In this document: piece by piece, positions 29,439 to 39,318 of the stretch
How the letters are laid out: each line of letters begins with the position of its first letter
Numbering within the stretch: the stretch's first letter is position 1
From: Myxococcota bacterium
Lineage (GTDB): Bacteria > Myxococcota_A > SURF-8 > G963663525
NCBI GenBank assembly: GCA_963676915.2
Contig: CAXXVK010000025.1
Location: forward strand, 1 to 41,226
Reading direction: 5' to 3'
Length of the DNA: 41,226 nucleotides
Notes under the pieces: model-generated
Told to the model about the DNA's origin: nothing
The model's input: the letters and a program-made list of their open reading frames with translations, nothing else
Database searches by the model: none
Translations under genes and position numbers: made by a program

Positions 29439-31667
29439 ATGCGTGCGATTCTTCTGCTTCTCGCGTCTTTTTCCATCCTTGTCACCGGTTGCGATCTCTA
29501 CACCTGGGAAGATCCCCCGGCGGATTGCGATTCCGGTCCATGTTGCGTAAATGGAGATTGGGTCACTGCGGGGGAAGCCTGTCTTAACGGGGTGGACGAT
29601 CTGGACTGCACGGAGGATGTCTGCAACGATGGCCACGCCTGCGAGCACCCGGTATCTCAAGGATATTGCCTGATTGGCGGGGTGTGCTATGCCCACAATC
29701 AGGACAACCCTGATGAAAGCTGCCAGTTCTGTGACTCGAACGTCTCGCAAACATCCTGGCAGAACCGGTTGAGTTCTACCACCTGTGATGACGAAGATCC
29801 CTGTACCTACGAAGACCGCTGCACGGCGCAAGGTACCTGCAAAGGGACGGCGATTTCCTGCGAGGACGAATCGGAAACCTGTGGGATGAAGCGCAGTTGC
29901 GATGGTTCGGATACCTGCGTGGAAAGCTACCCAGGTGGGGAGACATCCTGCAATGACGGCGAACCCTGTACCCACTCCGACGCTTGCAATGGTTCGGGAG
30001 TTTGCCAAGGAATTACAATCACTTGCACGCCCGATGCCGACCCGTGCGCCTACCAGCCCTATTGCGATGGCTCCGACACCTGCGCCATAGGCTATCCGGG
30101 AGGGGAGACAAGCTGCGACGATAACGAAGCCTGCACGCATACGGATGTCTGCAATGGCTCCGGTGGCTGTGCGGGAACGACAATCCAATGCGACGATGAT
30201 CCCGGTCCTTGTGGAGTGCAACGAAGCTGCGACGGCTCGGACACTTGCGCCGTAAGCTATCCCGGTTCGGAAACCTCTTGCGACGACGCCGAAGACTGCA
30301 CCCGGTGGGACGTCTGTGATGGATCGGGGGGATGCTCCGGGACGGTTTACGATTGCCACGGGCATGGAACCTGTAACAGCGATGACGGGTTCTGCACCTG
30401 TACGGAAGTGGGCTATGTGGGAGATTACTGCGACGAGTGCGCCGATGGATATTTCGAATATCCGGCTGAAAGTGGAACTTGCATTGCAGACCCCTGCGCC
30501 TCCGATCCCTGCCATGAACACGGTACCTGCGACAATGCGACGGGGGCGGCGGTTTGTACATGCAACGATGCCTACATTGGTGATCATTGCGACGAGGGAT
30601 GCTCGGAGGCGGCGTTCGGTACCTATCCCGACTGCTTTGTTCCTTCAAGGACGGATTGCGCGAGCCGTCCCTGTTTTTCTGTGCCGCCGACCGGCGTCAC
30701 TTCCTGTTACCATGAGACATCCGTATTGAATTGCAACGATATTGGAGGAAATGATCCGAGTTGTGCCGATCTTTCGGTAGATTGCACGAATCCGGATGCT
30801 TTGCCGGACGGCTGTTTTTGTGGACAGGATGGGCAATACGCGGACAATCCACGTACATTCACCTGCTACGACGCTTCCGGGACGGAAACGCCCTGCGCCA
30901 ACCTGGCGACGGCTCAGGATCAGGAAACCGTGGTCGATAGTCTGACGGGACTGATGTGGCAACGGACCTTTGTTTCGGATAACACGTCACCTGAAGTCAT
31001 TTGTATCAATTTGAACGAAGAGCCGGGAGGATATGCCGGTTACACAGGGTGGCGCGTGCCGAACGTTCACGAACTGCTCAGTTTGACCGAAGCTTCCCGC
31101 CACAATCCCGTGGTGGATGTCGTCGCTTTTCCTGGCGGAACGGGATCGTTCTGGTCTTCCAACGCCCGATTCGATGACAGTTCTCTGGCGTGGTCGGTGC
31201 ATATGAGTTACGGCCTGGTTTCCAGCGGCAGCGCTTCGACGCCGAAAAACGTCCGTTGCGTGCGGGGAGGGGTTCCGGCAGGGGAAGAAAGCGCCGGTTC
31301 GTGGTTGATTGAACAAGGCACCCCGAGCGAATCGACAATGATCGACGCCGTTTCCGGCCTGGAATGGGCCTTGACATCACTATCGAATCTCACATGGCAG
31401 GAGTCTCTGAAATACTGTCAGGACATGCAATATGCCGGGTATGAAGACTGGCGATTGCCGGACCGTCACGAACTCATGAGCATCGTCGATTTCTCGACCG
31501 GCAATCCGGCGAGCGCCATTTCCAGCATGGTGGCAGCGGGGCATTGGTCTTCCACATCCCACTCCCAGAGCCAGGAAAACGCCTGGTACGTGGATTTCGA
31601 GTACGGCAACCTGTTGTCGAATGCCAAAGATCAACAATTAAATGCTCGTTGCGTGCGAGGGTATTAG
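29439..31667 (+). CDS. Cys-rich lipoprotein with EGF-like repeats and two DUF1566 (Lcl C-terminal) domains
   Basis: GGAGG RBS; LVTGC lipobox; VDSLTGLMWQR...GWRVPNVHEL...FWSS...VRCVR and IDAVSGLEW...DWRLPDRHEL...WSST...ARCVR. Confidence 0.85.
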   Translation: MRAILLLLASFSILVTGCDLYTWEDPPADCDSGPCCVNGDWVTAGEACLNGVDDLDCTEDVCNDGHACEHPVSQGYCLIGGVCYAHNQDNPDESCQFCDSNVSQTSWQNRLSSTTCDDEDPCTYEDRCTAQGTCKGTAISCEDESETCGMKRSCDGSDTCVESYPGGETSCNDGEPCTHSDACNGSGVCQGITITCTPDADPCAYQPYCDGSDTCAIGYPGGETSCDDNEACTHTDVCNGSGGCAGTTIQCDDDPGPCGVQRSCDGSDTCAVSYPGSETSCDDAEDCTRWDVCDGSGGCSGTVYDCHGHGTCNSDDGFCTCTEVGYVGDYCDECADGYFEYPAESGTCIADPCASDPCHEHGTCDNATGAAVCTCNDAYIGDHCDEGCSEAAFGTYPDCFVPSRTDCASRPCFSVPPTGVTSCYHETSVLNCNDIGGNDPSCADLSVDCTNPDALPDGCFCGQDGQYADNPRTFTCYDASGTETPCANLATAQDQETVVDSLTGLMWQRTFVSDNTSPEVICINLNEEPGGYAGYTGWRVPNVHELLSLTEASRHNPVVDVVAFPGGTGSFWSSNARFDDSSLAWSVHMSYGLVSSGSASTPKNVRCVRGGVPAGEESAGSWLIEQGTPSESTMIDAVSGLEWALTSLSNLTWQESLKYCQDMQYAGYEDWRLPDRHELMSIVDFSTGNPASAISSMVAAGHWSSTSHSQSQENAWYVDFEYGNLLSNAKDQQLNARCVRGY
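29781..30345 (+). repeat. Intragenic 165-bp (55-aa) Cys-rich tandem repeats, about 3.4 copies
   Basis: Units start at 29781, 29946, 30111 and 30276, with pattern (T/S)C(D/N)D..(P/A/D)CT..D.C...G.C.G....C......C.....CDGSDTC...YPG.ET. Confidence 0.85.
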
Positions 31668-31687
31668 ATTTCTTTCGGAGAGGGATA

Positions 31688-34600
31688 ATGAAATCGATCC
31701 GTTTTTCTTATGTTGTGTTGTTTTTTGTCGTTTTTACACTTTCCTGTTCTTCGGGAAGCAGTACCGGAAATCCCATGGGGGACCATGACTCTACGGACTC
31801 CACCGACCTTTCCGAAAGAGAGATCTCCCCTGAAAGTGAAGAAGAAACCACCCGTGGATTGCTAGCGGCCAGCCCGGAGGAAGTCCGCTTCGGGGCGGTT
31901 GTGTTGGGAGTTACCGCAAAGGAAACCCTCACGTTGATCAACGACGGTGAGGAAAATCTCACGATTTCCGTGGTACGAACCAGTGAAGCCACAACATCGG
32001 AGTTCTCCGTTCAGGCGATTTTGGACGGAGACCAGACCGTAGAGGTTCCCTTCGTGCTCGTGCCGGACCAGCGGCTTGCTGTGACATTGCAGTATGTTCC
32101 CGTGGATGCCGGTTCCGATACCGGCACGTTGCAGATTATCGGCGAGGGTTTCCAAGGTAATTTGCTGGAAATCCCACTGTTTGCCGTCGAAAAGGGCGAG
32201 TCGGCGCTGGACGTTTCCCCACGACTGGAATTCGGCTATGTCAGAAATATCGGCGAGGAAGAAACACAAGCGTTGACCATCTGGAATCTTCCCGATGATC
32301 CCGATACCAATCGCACGTTGCAGATTACGAAGCTGGAAGTCACTGAAGGTACAAGGGATTTTCATTTGGATCTGGATAGCTGCGCCGCCAGTTCCCAGCA
32401 TCCGATTCTCATCGCTCCCGGTCATAATCATTCCTGCACCGTGGCGTTTTCTCCACGAGAGGCTGGAGAACTTTTCGGGAGCGTTCGTGTCGAAACCAAC
32501 GCAAGCGAAGGCGAAACAAGCCGCGACATCGACCTTACGGGTCGATGCGCACCGCCGGAATCGGTTCTGACCTTGGTGGTAGACCCACGAGGGGAACCCG
32601 TACCAGGGGCCGCGTTGCGCCTTTGGGGAGAAAATACTGTGATTTCAACCACCGACAACCGGGGCCGAGCGGTGATTCTCCCCGAAGAGGGTGGTCAGAT
32701 TTTTGCGGCGGACGGGGCGACGTCGATAAAAGGGGTGTACTCACGTCAGTACAAGCAAGTGCTGCCAGCAGATGAAGTGACGGTCTTCGTGCTGGAAACC
32801 CTGCCGGTGGAGACTTCCCAGCCCGTGTCGCAAAAGCAGCTTTCTGCGGCGAATCTCGAAGGAGCACGGTTGGAATTCTCGACAGATGATGTTCTGCTTC
32901 CCAATGGTTCGGATACAACGTTTTTCATGGGTGAAGGACATATTTCGGCGGCTCCATACGATCTGCCGGAAGGCAAAGAGTTGGTGCAGATGTTCCACTT
33001 TGGCCCGGACGGCACCACTTTTTCCACTCCGGCAAAATTGACCTTGCCTAATTCACTGGAGTTGACTCCGGGTGAGCGCATCGAGTTTCATTCCTTTGAT
33101 GAATCCACGCTGCTATGGGAGAAGGCGGCAGTGCTGGAAGTCAGCCCCGACGGCAAGATGCTTGAAACCGTCGAGGGAGGAATTTCCCACTTCTCGGTGG
33201 GTGGGATTTTTCAGCCGGATGGCAGCCTGCCGGAGTACACGGTGACAGGGTTGGTACAAGATGATTTGGAACAAAACCTGAGTAATATCCACGTATTCGC
33301 CTTGGGAAAACGCGGGCGAATGCTTGAGGACGACACCAACAGCGAGGGACGCTACACGATTTCCGGCGTTCGGGTAGCCTGTTATCATTCGCCGTACCTG
33401 ACGGTTGCTGCCAGCCATAGCGGAGATTTCCTGGATGACACACTGACCTCGGTAATAGCGGAAGTTTCGGACGATCCTAGCCAGACCGTGCAGGCGCCTG
33501 TGCTGATCCTGCCGAACAATGTCGCCAAAGGCAGCGTGCGAGGTGTGGCGCTGAGTCCGTTGGGAACACCAGTGGAAAACACCCTTGTGACAGTCCACCC
33601 CTCGCTTGGTTGGAACTTGTACGCACGAACCGATAGCCTGGGAAGTTTCGTGATCTCTGCGGTGCCCGTTGGAGCCACGCGAGTGGAAATCACCCACGAC
33701 GAGTTGGAATTATACAAAGAGATTTCCGGGACGATCCCGGAGAACGGCGAGTGGAACCTTGGTTTGGTGATTCTGGACGAAGTGACCGATACCACATCTC
33801 CAAGCATGCTTTGGAGCATGCCATTGGACGGCCAGGGAAACCTGCATGATTTACGTGAGTTACGGGTGGCTTTCAGTGAAACGTTGAATGCTGCAACCCT
33901 GCAAGCAACGTTGAAAAAAAGCCTGACCGACGAAACTGTTTCCGGTGTGGCGACACTGGAAAACGGCACGGCGGTGGTGTTCACGCCAGAGGGTGGTTTC
34001 GAGGATGGCCGAGCCTACACGTTCATCCTTTCTTCCGGGCTGGCGGATCTTTCGGGCAATGCGCTGGGAGAGGATTTTGTGCTGCAATTCCAAACGGTTG
34101 CACCGAATTGCCCGGACGAGGAGTGCAAGTCGGGGATCTACGTCTGGACCACGGAAACTTGCGGCTTCAATGACGTGGAGGAGGGTACCAGCTGCCGAAA
34201 TGACCACGGAAGCTGCAATCAAAGCGGCGAATGCGTCTGCAACAATGCGTTCATGATGGAGGATTGCTCGGCTTGTCGGGACGGCTACATCGATTTCCCG
34301 AATTGCCGGGATAACCCCTGCGAACCTGATCCCTGCAATGACCATGGGATGTGCAATTCTGAGGACGGAAGCTGTACCTGTGACAACGAGTTCATGACGG
34401 CGGATTGCGGCACTTGCCAGGACGACTACGAGGGTTATCCGAACTGCGAAAGACCTTGTATTCCAAAGACTTGCGAGGATTTGGGCTACGAATGCGGCAC
34501 CTGGCCGGACGGCTGCGGCGATACCGTCCCTTGTGGTGGTTGTGAATCCGGTTTCACCTGTCACGAAACCTTCGGGCAGTGCAACATCGACTGTCCCGGC

Positions 34601-37600
34601 GGTGTTACGGCACGGAGGATCGACGAGGCGTATTATCCGGGAGCCACCCAAACGGTGTATGTGGCGGATGGCTACGTGTACGCCAACCGGGGAAGGATTC
34701 TGGATATCTACACCGATGCCGGAGTGCAACTGCAAAAAGTGAATGAAATCCACATGCCTTGGGAGATCAAAGACATTTTCGTGGTTGATGGATGGGCGTA
34801 TGTGGCGTTGGGGGCAAAAGGGTTGGCTATTCTCGACATCTCCGATCCTTCCGATCTTGGACAACCCGTGTACAGCAATACGACTGGGGAAGCTTTGAGA
34901 GTCTTTGTATCGGGGAATTACGCTTACGTGGCGGATAACGAGAGCGGTCTTGCAATTATCGATGTTTCCGATCCATCCGTTCCTGGTGAACCCGCTTACG
35001 TGGAAACAAACGGGGATGTCATGGATGTTTTCATATCGGGAAATTATGCTTTCCTCGCGAATGAAGATTCTTCTGTTTCTGATTCTTTACACTTTGCGGT
35101 CGTCGATGTCAGCGATCCTCTGAATCCCGGCGAGCCGGTTTACAACGAAACGGGAGGTGTGGGATATTACAGCGGAATTTTCGTCTCTGGAAATTATGCC
35201 TACCGAACGATTGGAACTACTGGCTTGGCCATCATCGATATCAGAGATCCTTTGAACCCAGGAGATCCCGTAAGGGTGGATACGGACGATAGCCCCTTGT
35301 CCGTGATCGTTCATGGAAACACGGCCTATGTTTCAGATCGAAATTCCGGCGTGGCCGTGATCGACGTAACCGACCCCACAGAGCCCGGCGAACCCGTGTA
35401 CTGGGAGTCGATCGACTATGCCGCAGACATTGCCATCTCAGGTAGCACAGCCTATGTCGCGACGGGAAACACCGGTCTTGCGGCGGTAAATATCGCCGTG
35501 CCCTCCAATCCGGGGCAGCCTGTATTCATGGATACTTACGGAAATGTGCCTCGTGTTTTCGTCGCTCACGACGTGGCGTTTCTGGCAGGGGGAACTTCCG
35601 GGCTGGTGACCGTCGATGTCACGAACCCTGCTGAACCGGGGGTTCCCGTGTACACCGACACGACCGGCAGCGCGAATAGTGTGTTCGTAGCGGGTTACTA
35701 TGCTTATGTAGCTGATAATACATCCGGTTTGGCGATTTTCGACATCGCTGATCCTACGCATCCGCAAACTCCTGAATATTTGGCAACGGAGCAATATCTT
35801 TCCGATGTTTTCATATCGAACGACTTGGCTTACGTTGTGGGTTCCGATGTATTCCACAATGGGCTTGCTGTAATAGATGTGTCCGATCCATTGAACCCAG
35901 GGATACTCAGCTCGAGTACGATGATGATGATGCAAGGATATTCTGATGTTTTCATTTATGGAAATCTTGCCTATGTATTGAATTCATTCGGATCTCTTGT
36001 ACAATTGGATATTTCAGACCCTACGAATCCCAGCACATTCGAAAGTCCCGTGAGTGTTGGTTGGAGTAACGATACATTCGTGTATGAAAATCATATCTAT
36101 GCTGCTCAATACGAATATATAAACCAAAATTCCGGGATTGCGACTGTCGATATCACCGACGTGGACAACCCTGGAGAACCCGTACACCGGGACACAAATG
36201 AGAAACCATACGGCATTTTCGTGTCCGGGAAGGAAGCCTACGTGGCGAATGGCTTATCTGGACTTTCAATCATCAACGTCAGCGAACCATCGAATCCCGG
36301 CGAACCTGCGTATTTCGAAACCACCGGCAGCGCCAACGAAATTTTCGTGTCCGGTAACCACGCCTGGATCGCTGAAGACACCAACGGCATGGAAACCTTC
36401 GAGTTACGCTGTATCGGAACTTGCGATCCAGATCCCTGCAACGGCCACGGAATCTGCGCCATCGAGGATGGTGACGTTGCGTGCACTTGCTACGAAGGTT
36501 TTGACGGTGACTGGTGCGACCAATGCGCCGAGGGTTACGACGGCTACCCGGATTGCGAAGCCGTCCAAACAGCCCCCGGCTTCGTTCCCATAGAAGCCGG
36601 AACTTTTTGGATGGGTTCTCCGGACGGCGACTGCCCGGAGGGGTATCCGGGGGAGTGTACTGAAGAATTGGGGCGAGTCTGGGATCGGGAAGAACTACAT
36701 GAAGTGACGTTGACCTATGATTTCGAGATGCAGGCGCACGAAGTTACGCAGAAGGAGTGGACGGCTTTAATGATTTGGAATCCTAGCTATTTCAGTGCAG
36801 ATGGCGGTGGTGTAGCCTGTGGGGATGATTGCCCAGTAGAAAAGGTTTCCTGGTTTGACGTTCTTGCATATGCGAATGAGTTATCGATAAATGAAGGTCT
36901 TGTGCCGTGTTACGAACTGTTGGAGGTGGTCTGCGAACTTGGCTTGATGGTGGATGAGGCCATCGATTGTTTTAATGCGGAATCGGGTGGAATAGATTCC
37001 GCAGCAGTGATTCTTGCAAATGGTACAAGCAAACCACAAAACTGCGAAGGGTTTCGTTTGCCAACGGAAGCGGAATGGGAATATGCGATTCGGTCAGGGA
37101 GTGAGTACACAGCGTTCCATCAGAGCGATGGAAATGATGGGACGATTATGCATACTGGAATTGACCCGGTAGATCCGAACCTTGATCAAATAGGGTGGTT
37201 TGGAGGTAATGCAAACATCATTACGCATCCTGTCGGTGAGAAGGAAATGAACACGTGGGGTTTGTACGACATGAGTGGAAATGTGGTTGAATGGATCTGG
37301 GATTGGTATCGATCTGATTATGAGACAGATGTGGGTACCGATCCTGTTGGACCGAGTACAGGTGGTGTCCGCATTTCGCATGGCGGTCGTTGGAACTATA
37401 TGGCGTTGGGCTGCCGGTCTGCATATCGTGCTTACGATTCTCCCGGTGATCGCCGCTACGATATGGGCTTTCGTCTCGTCAGAACCTTGCATCCCGACTC
37501 TTGTGATCCCGATCCTTGCAACAACCACGGTAGCTGCGACGACACCAGCGACTATGCCCTGTGCGACTGTAACACCGGTTACGACGGCGGCGATTGTAGT

Positions 37601-39025
37601 GTTTGCGCCGAAGGTTATATCGGCTACCCGGACTGCATCCCAGAAGCAGTGGATGGAGACGAAGAGGAAGCCGAGGCGGAAGAAGAACAGGTTGCATGTC
37701 AGAATGACGAGTATGAAGGGGAAGAAGGCAACGAAACGTTTCAAACCGCAATCTCGGTTACAGAAGGGACGATCGATAACTTAATATTGTGCCCTGAAGA
37801 AAATGATTACTACTACCTGGATTTGTCTCAAGGTGAATACGTTACAATCGAACTCCTTTTCATTCATTCGCAAGGAGATATCAATCTTGTAGTATTTCGC
37901 GATGATTTTAGTGTTTTGGTGGCTGGTGCCACGACGAATGACAACGAATTCGTACAATTTTCTGCGTTGTATACCGCCACGTATTACATCAAAGTTAGCT
38001 CTTCCGACGATGAAGTTGAAAACGACTATTCATTAGCCATTCAAATCGAATCTTCAGCCGATGGAGATTTAGATGAAGAGACCGAGACGGAAGAAGATGT
38101 GGAATTCGATACTACACCCGGCTTCGTTTCCATTACAGCCGGAACCTTTTGGATGGGCTCGCCGGACGGCAGTTGTCCTGATGGATATTTGGGAAATTGC
38201 ATTAGTGAATCGGGACGAACGGCAAACAGGGAGGAACTCCATGAAGTGACTTTGACCTACAACTTCGAAATGATGCAATACGAAGTTACGCAGGAAGAGT
38301 GGCAAACGGCGTTTGGAAACAATCCAAGTTATCATGGGCCAAACAGGAATGGTCCCGACTGCGGTTTGAACTGTCCTATAGAGATGGTGAATTGGTACGA
38401 TGTTCTTGCCTATGCCAACTGGTATTCTTCACAAGCAAACTTGCAGCCATGTTATTTGCTTAGTGATTGTACAGGGACACTTGGAGGAGGATGCGACTAT
38501 TCTCAACTCGGTTGTGCCATCGATACCTACCAATGCACTGTAGCGCTTAATGGTGTTGATGTTCCTCAACAATGCGAGGGATATAGGCTTCCAACGGATG
38601 CTGAGTGGGAATATGCAATTCGTGCAGGTAACCAGTATACGGCTTTTTACCAAAGTGAAGGCAATAACGGTACGATCACGTGGGCTGGTTGCAACAATGA
38701 TCCCAACATGCTGCAAATAGGTTGGTATTGCGATAATTCAAGTGGAATGCCCCATCCTGTCGGTACAAAAGATCCAAATGCTTGGAATTTGTACGATATG
38801 AGTGGAAATGTCTGGGAGTGGGTTTGGGATCGCAGTTGCGATAACATCGAAACATTCTCCTTGATTGATCCCGATGCCAACGAATGTTCTAGTGCAGATA
38901 GGATTCGGCGTAGTGGATATTGGGGAGCGATGGCTTCTGAATGCCGATCTGCCTTTCGAGCTTCAGCACCGCCAACGACTTGTAATCGCGAAGGTGGTTT
39001 TCGACTCGTGCGAACGATATTTTAG
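31688..39025 (+). CDS. Giant modular surface lipoprotein (about 2445 aa): ASH/choice-of-anchor-D-like Ig domains, carboxypeptidase-regulatory-like, Big_5-like, EGF-like, LVIVD repeats, PPC-like and two FGE-sulfatase (SUMF1) domains
   Basis: GGAGAGG RBS before ATG 31688; TLSC lipobox; VRFGAV/LEFGYV...LTIxN; VAFSE...LADLSGN; many VFVSGNYAYVA...GLAIIDVSDP repeats; two GTFWMGSP...RLPT(E/D)AEWEYA...LYDMSGNVxEW...GFRLVR domains. Confidence 0.9.
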   Translation: MKSIRFSYVVLFFVVFTLSCSSGSSTGNPMGDHDSTDSTDLSEREISPESEEETTRGLLAASPEEVRFGAVVLGVTAKETLTLINDGEENLTISVVRTSEATTSEFSVQAILDGDQTVEVPFVLVPDQRLAVTLQYVPVDAGSDTGTLQIIGEGFQGNLLEIPLFAVEKGESALDVSPRLEFGYVRNIGEEETQALTIWNLPDDPDTNRTLQITKLEVTEGTRDFHLDLDSCAASSQHPILIAPGHNHSCTVAFSPREAGELFGSVRVETNASEGETSRDIDLTGRCAPPESVLTLVVDPRGEPVPGAALRLWGENTVISTTDNRGRAVILPEEGGQIFAADGATSIKGVYSRQYKQVLPADEVTVFVLETLPVETSQPVSQKQLSAANLEGARLEFSTDDVLLPNGSDTTFFMGEGHISAAPYDLPEGKELVQMFHFGPDGTTFSTPAKLTLPNSLELTPGERIEFHSFDESTLLWEKAAVLEVSPDGKMLETVEGGISHFSVGGIFQPDGSLPEYTVTGLVQDDLEQNLSNIHVFALGKRGRMLEDDTNSEGRYTISGVRVACYHSPYLTVAASHSGDFLDDTLTSVIAEVSDDPSQTVQAPVLILPNNVAKGSVRGVALSPLGTPVENTLVTVHPSLGWNLYARTDSLGSFVISAVPVGATRVEITHDELELYKEISGTIPENGEWNLGLVILDEVTDTTSPSMLWSMPLDGQGNLHDLRELRVAFSETLNAATLQATLKKSLTDETVSGVATLENGTAVVFTPEGGFEDGRAYTFILSSGLADLSGNALGEDFVLQFQTVAPNCPDEECKSGIYVWTTETCGFNDVEEGTSCRNDHGSCNQSGECVCNNAFMMEDCSACRDGYIDFPNCRDNPCEPDPCNDHGMCNSEDGSCTCDNEFMTADCGTCQDDYEGYPNCERPCIPKTCEDLGYECGTWPDGCGDTVPCGGCESGFTCHETFGQCNIDCPGGVTARRIDEAYYPGATQTVYVADGYVYANRGRILDIYTDAGVQLQKVNEIHMPWEIKDIFVVDGWAYVALGAKGLAILDISDPSDLGQPVYSNTTGEALRVFVSGNYAYVADNESGLAIIDVSDPSVPGEPAYVETNGDVMDVFISGNYAFLANEDSSVSDSLHFAVVDVSDPLNPGEPVYNETGGVGYYSGIFVSGNYAYRTIGTTGLAIIDIRDPLNPGDPVRVDTDDSPLSVIVHGNTAYVSDRNSGVAVIDVTDPTEPGEPVYWESIDYAADIAISGSTAYVATGNTGLAAVNIAVPSNPGQPVFMDTYGNVPRVFVAHDVAFLAGGTSGLVTVDVTNPAEPGVPVYTDTTGSANSVFVAGYYAYVADNTSGLAIFDIADPTHPQTPEYLATEQYLSDVFISNDLAYVVGSDVFHNGLAVIDVSDPLNPGILSSSTMMMMQGYSDVFIYGNLAYVLNSFGSLVQLDISDPTNPSTFESPVSVGWSNDTFVYENHIYAAQYEYINQNSGIATVDITDVDNPGEPVHRDTNEKPYGIFVSGKEAYVANGLSGLSIINVSEPSNPGEPAYFETTGSANEIFVSGNHAWIAEDTNGMETFELRCIGTCDPDPCNGHGICAIEDGDVACTCYEGFDGDWCDQCAEGYDGYPDCEAVQTAPGFVPIEAGTFWMGSPDGDCPEGYPGECTEELGRVWDREELHEVTLTYDFEMQAHEVTQKEWTALMIWNPSYFSADGGGVACGDDCPVEKVSWFDVLAYANELSINEGLVPCYELLEVVCELGLMVDEAIDCFNAESGGIDSAAVILANGTSKPQNCEGFRLPTEAEWEYAIRSGSEYTAFHQSDGNDGTIMHTGIDPVDPNLDQIGWFGGNANIITHPVGEKEMNTWGLYDMSGNVVEWIWDWYRSDYETDVGTDPVGPSTGGVRISHGGRWNYMALGCRSAYRAYDSPGDRRYDMGFRLVRTLHPDSCDPDPCNNHGSCDDTSDYALCDCNTGYDGGDCSVCAEGYIGYPDCIPEAVDGDEEEAEAEEEQVACQNDEYEGEEGNETFQTAISVTEGTIDNLILCPEENDYYYLDLSQGEYVTIELLFIHSQGDINLVVFRDDFSVLVAGATTNDNEFVQFSALYTATYYIKVSSSDDEVENDYSLAIQIESSADGDLDEETETEEDVEFDTTPGFVSITAGTFWMGSPDGSCPDGYLGNCISESGRTANREELHEVTLTYNFEMMQYEVTQEEWQTAFGNNPSYHGPNRNGPDCGLNCPIEMVNWYDVLAYANWYSSQANLQPCYLLSDCTGTLGGGCDYSQLGCAIDTYQCTVALNGVDVPQQCEGYRLPTDAEWEYAIRAGNQYTAFYQSEGNNGTITWAGCNNDPNMLQIGWYCDNSSGMPHPVGTKDPNAWNLYDMSGNVWEWVWDRSCDNIETFSLIDPDANECSSADRIRRSGYWGAMASECRSAFRASAPPTTCNREGGFRLVRTIF

Positions 39026-39318
39026 ACAGTATGGACCAACCTACTGAAGTACCCGCCTTCCAGAAATTGACAGAAGTTCGATCGCTGAACCCGAAATGGC
39101 ATACGATCCGATCCTGAGCCGAAATTTCCATATCGTACGTGCCAAGACTCCTCGGAAATGACAATGACTACAAATGACTTGTGGAAATGATTTTTCTCCA
39201 ATTCTTCTTGAAATTCACATTTTCCGTGATATATTCAGCGCATTAAATATAGACATTGAAACGATGTGGCATGGAACTGCACATGCCTGGACCAACTCTG
39301 CACTCTCCGGGGAAAACA

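Noticed and set aside
29337-30587. Long antisense ORFs (also 8284-9600, 5945-6910, 6995-7915, 14520-15404, 26142-27080, 33860-34864)
   Set aside because: They lie opposite well-supported genes, have no recognisable motifs, and are expected from GC-rich codon bias.
25770-39025. Diversity-generating retroelement (RT near FGE/DUF1566 targets)
   Set aside because: The RT is a group II intron maturase (YADD, domains V/VI directly after the stop). I found no AAC-rich template repeat or avd gene in the window.
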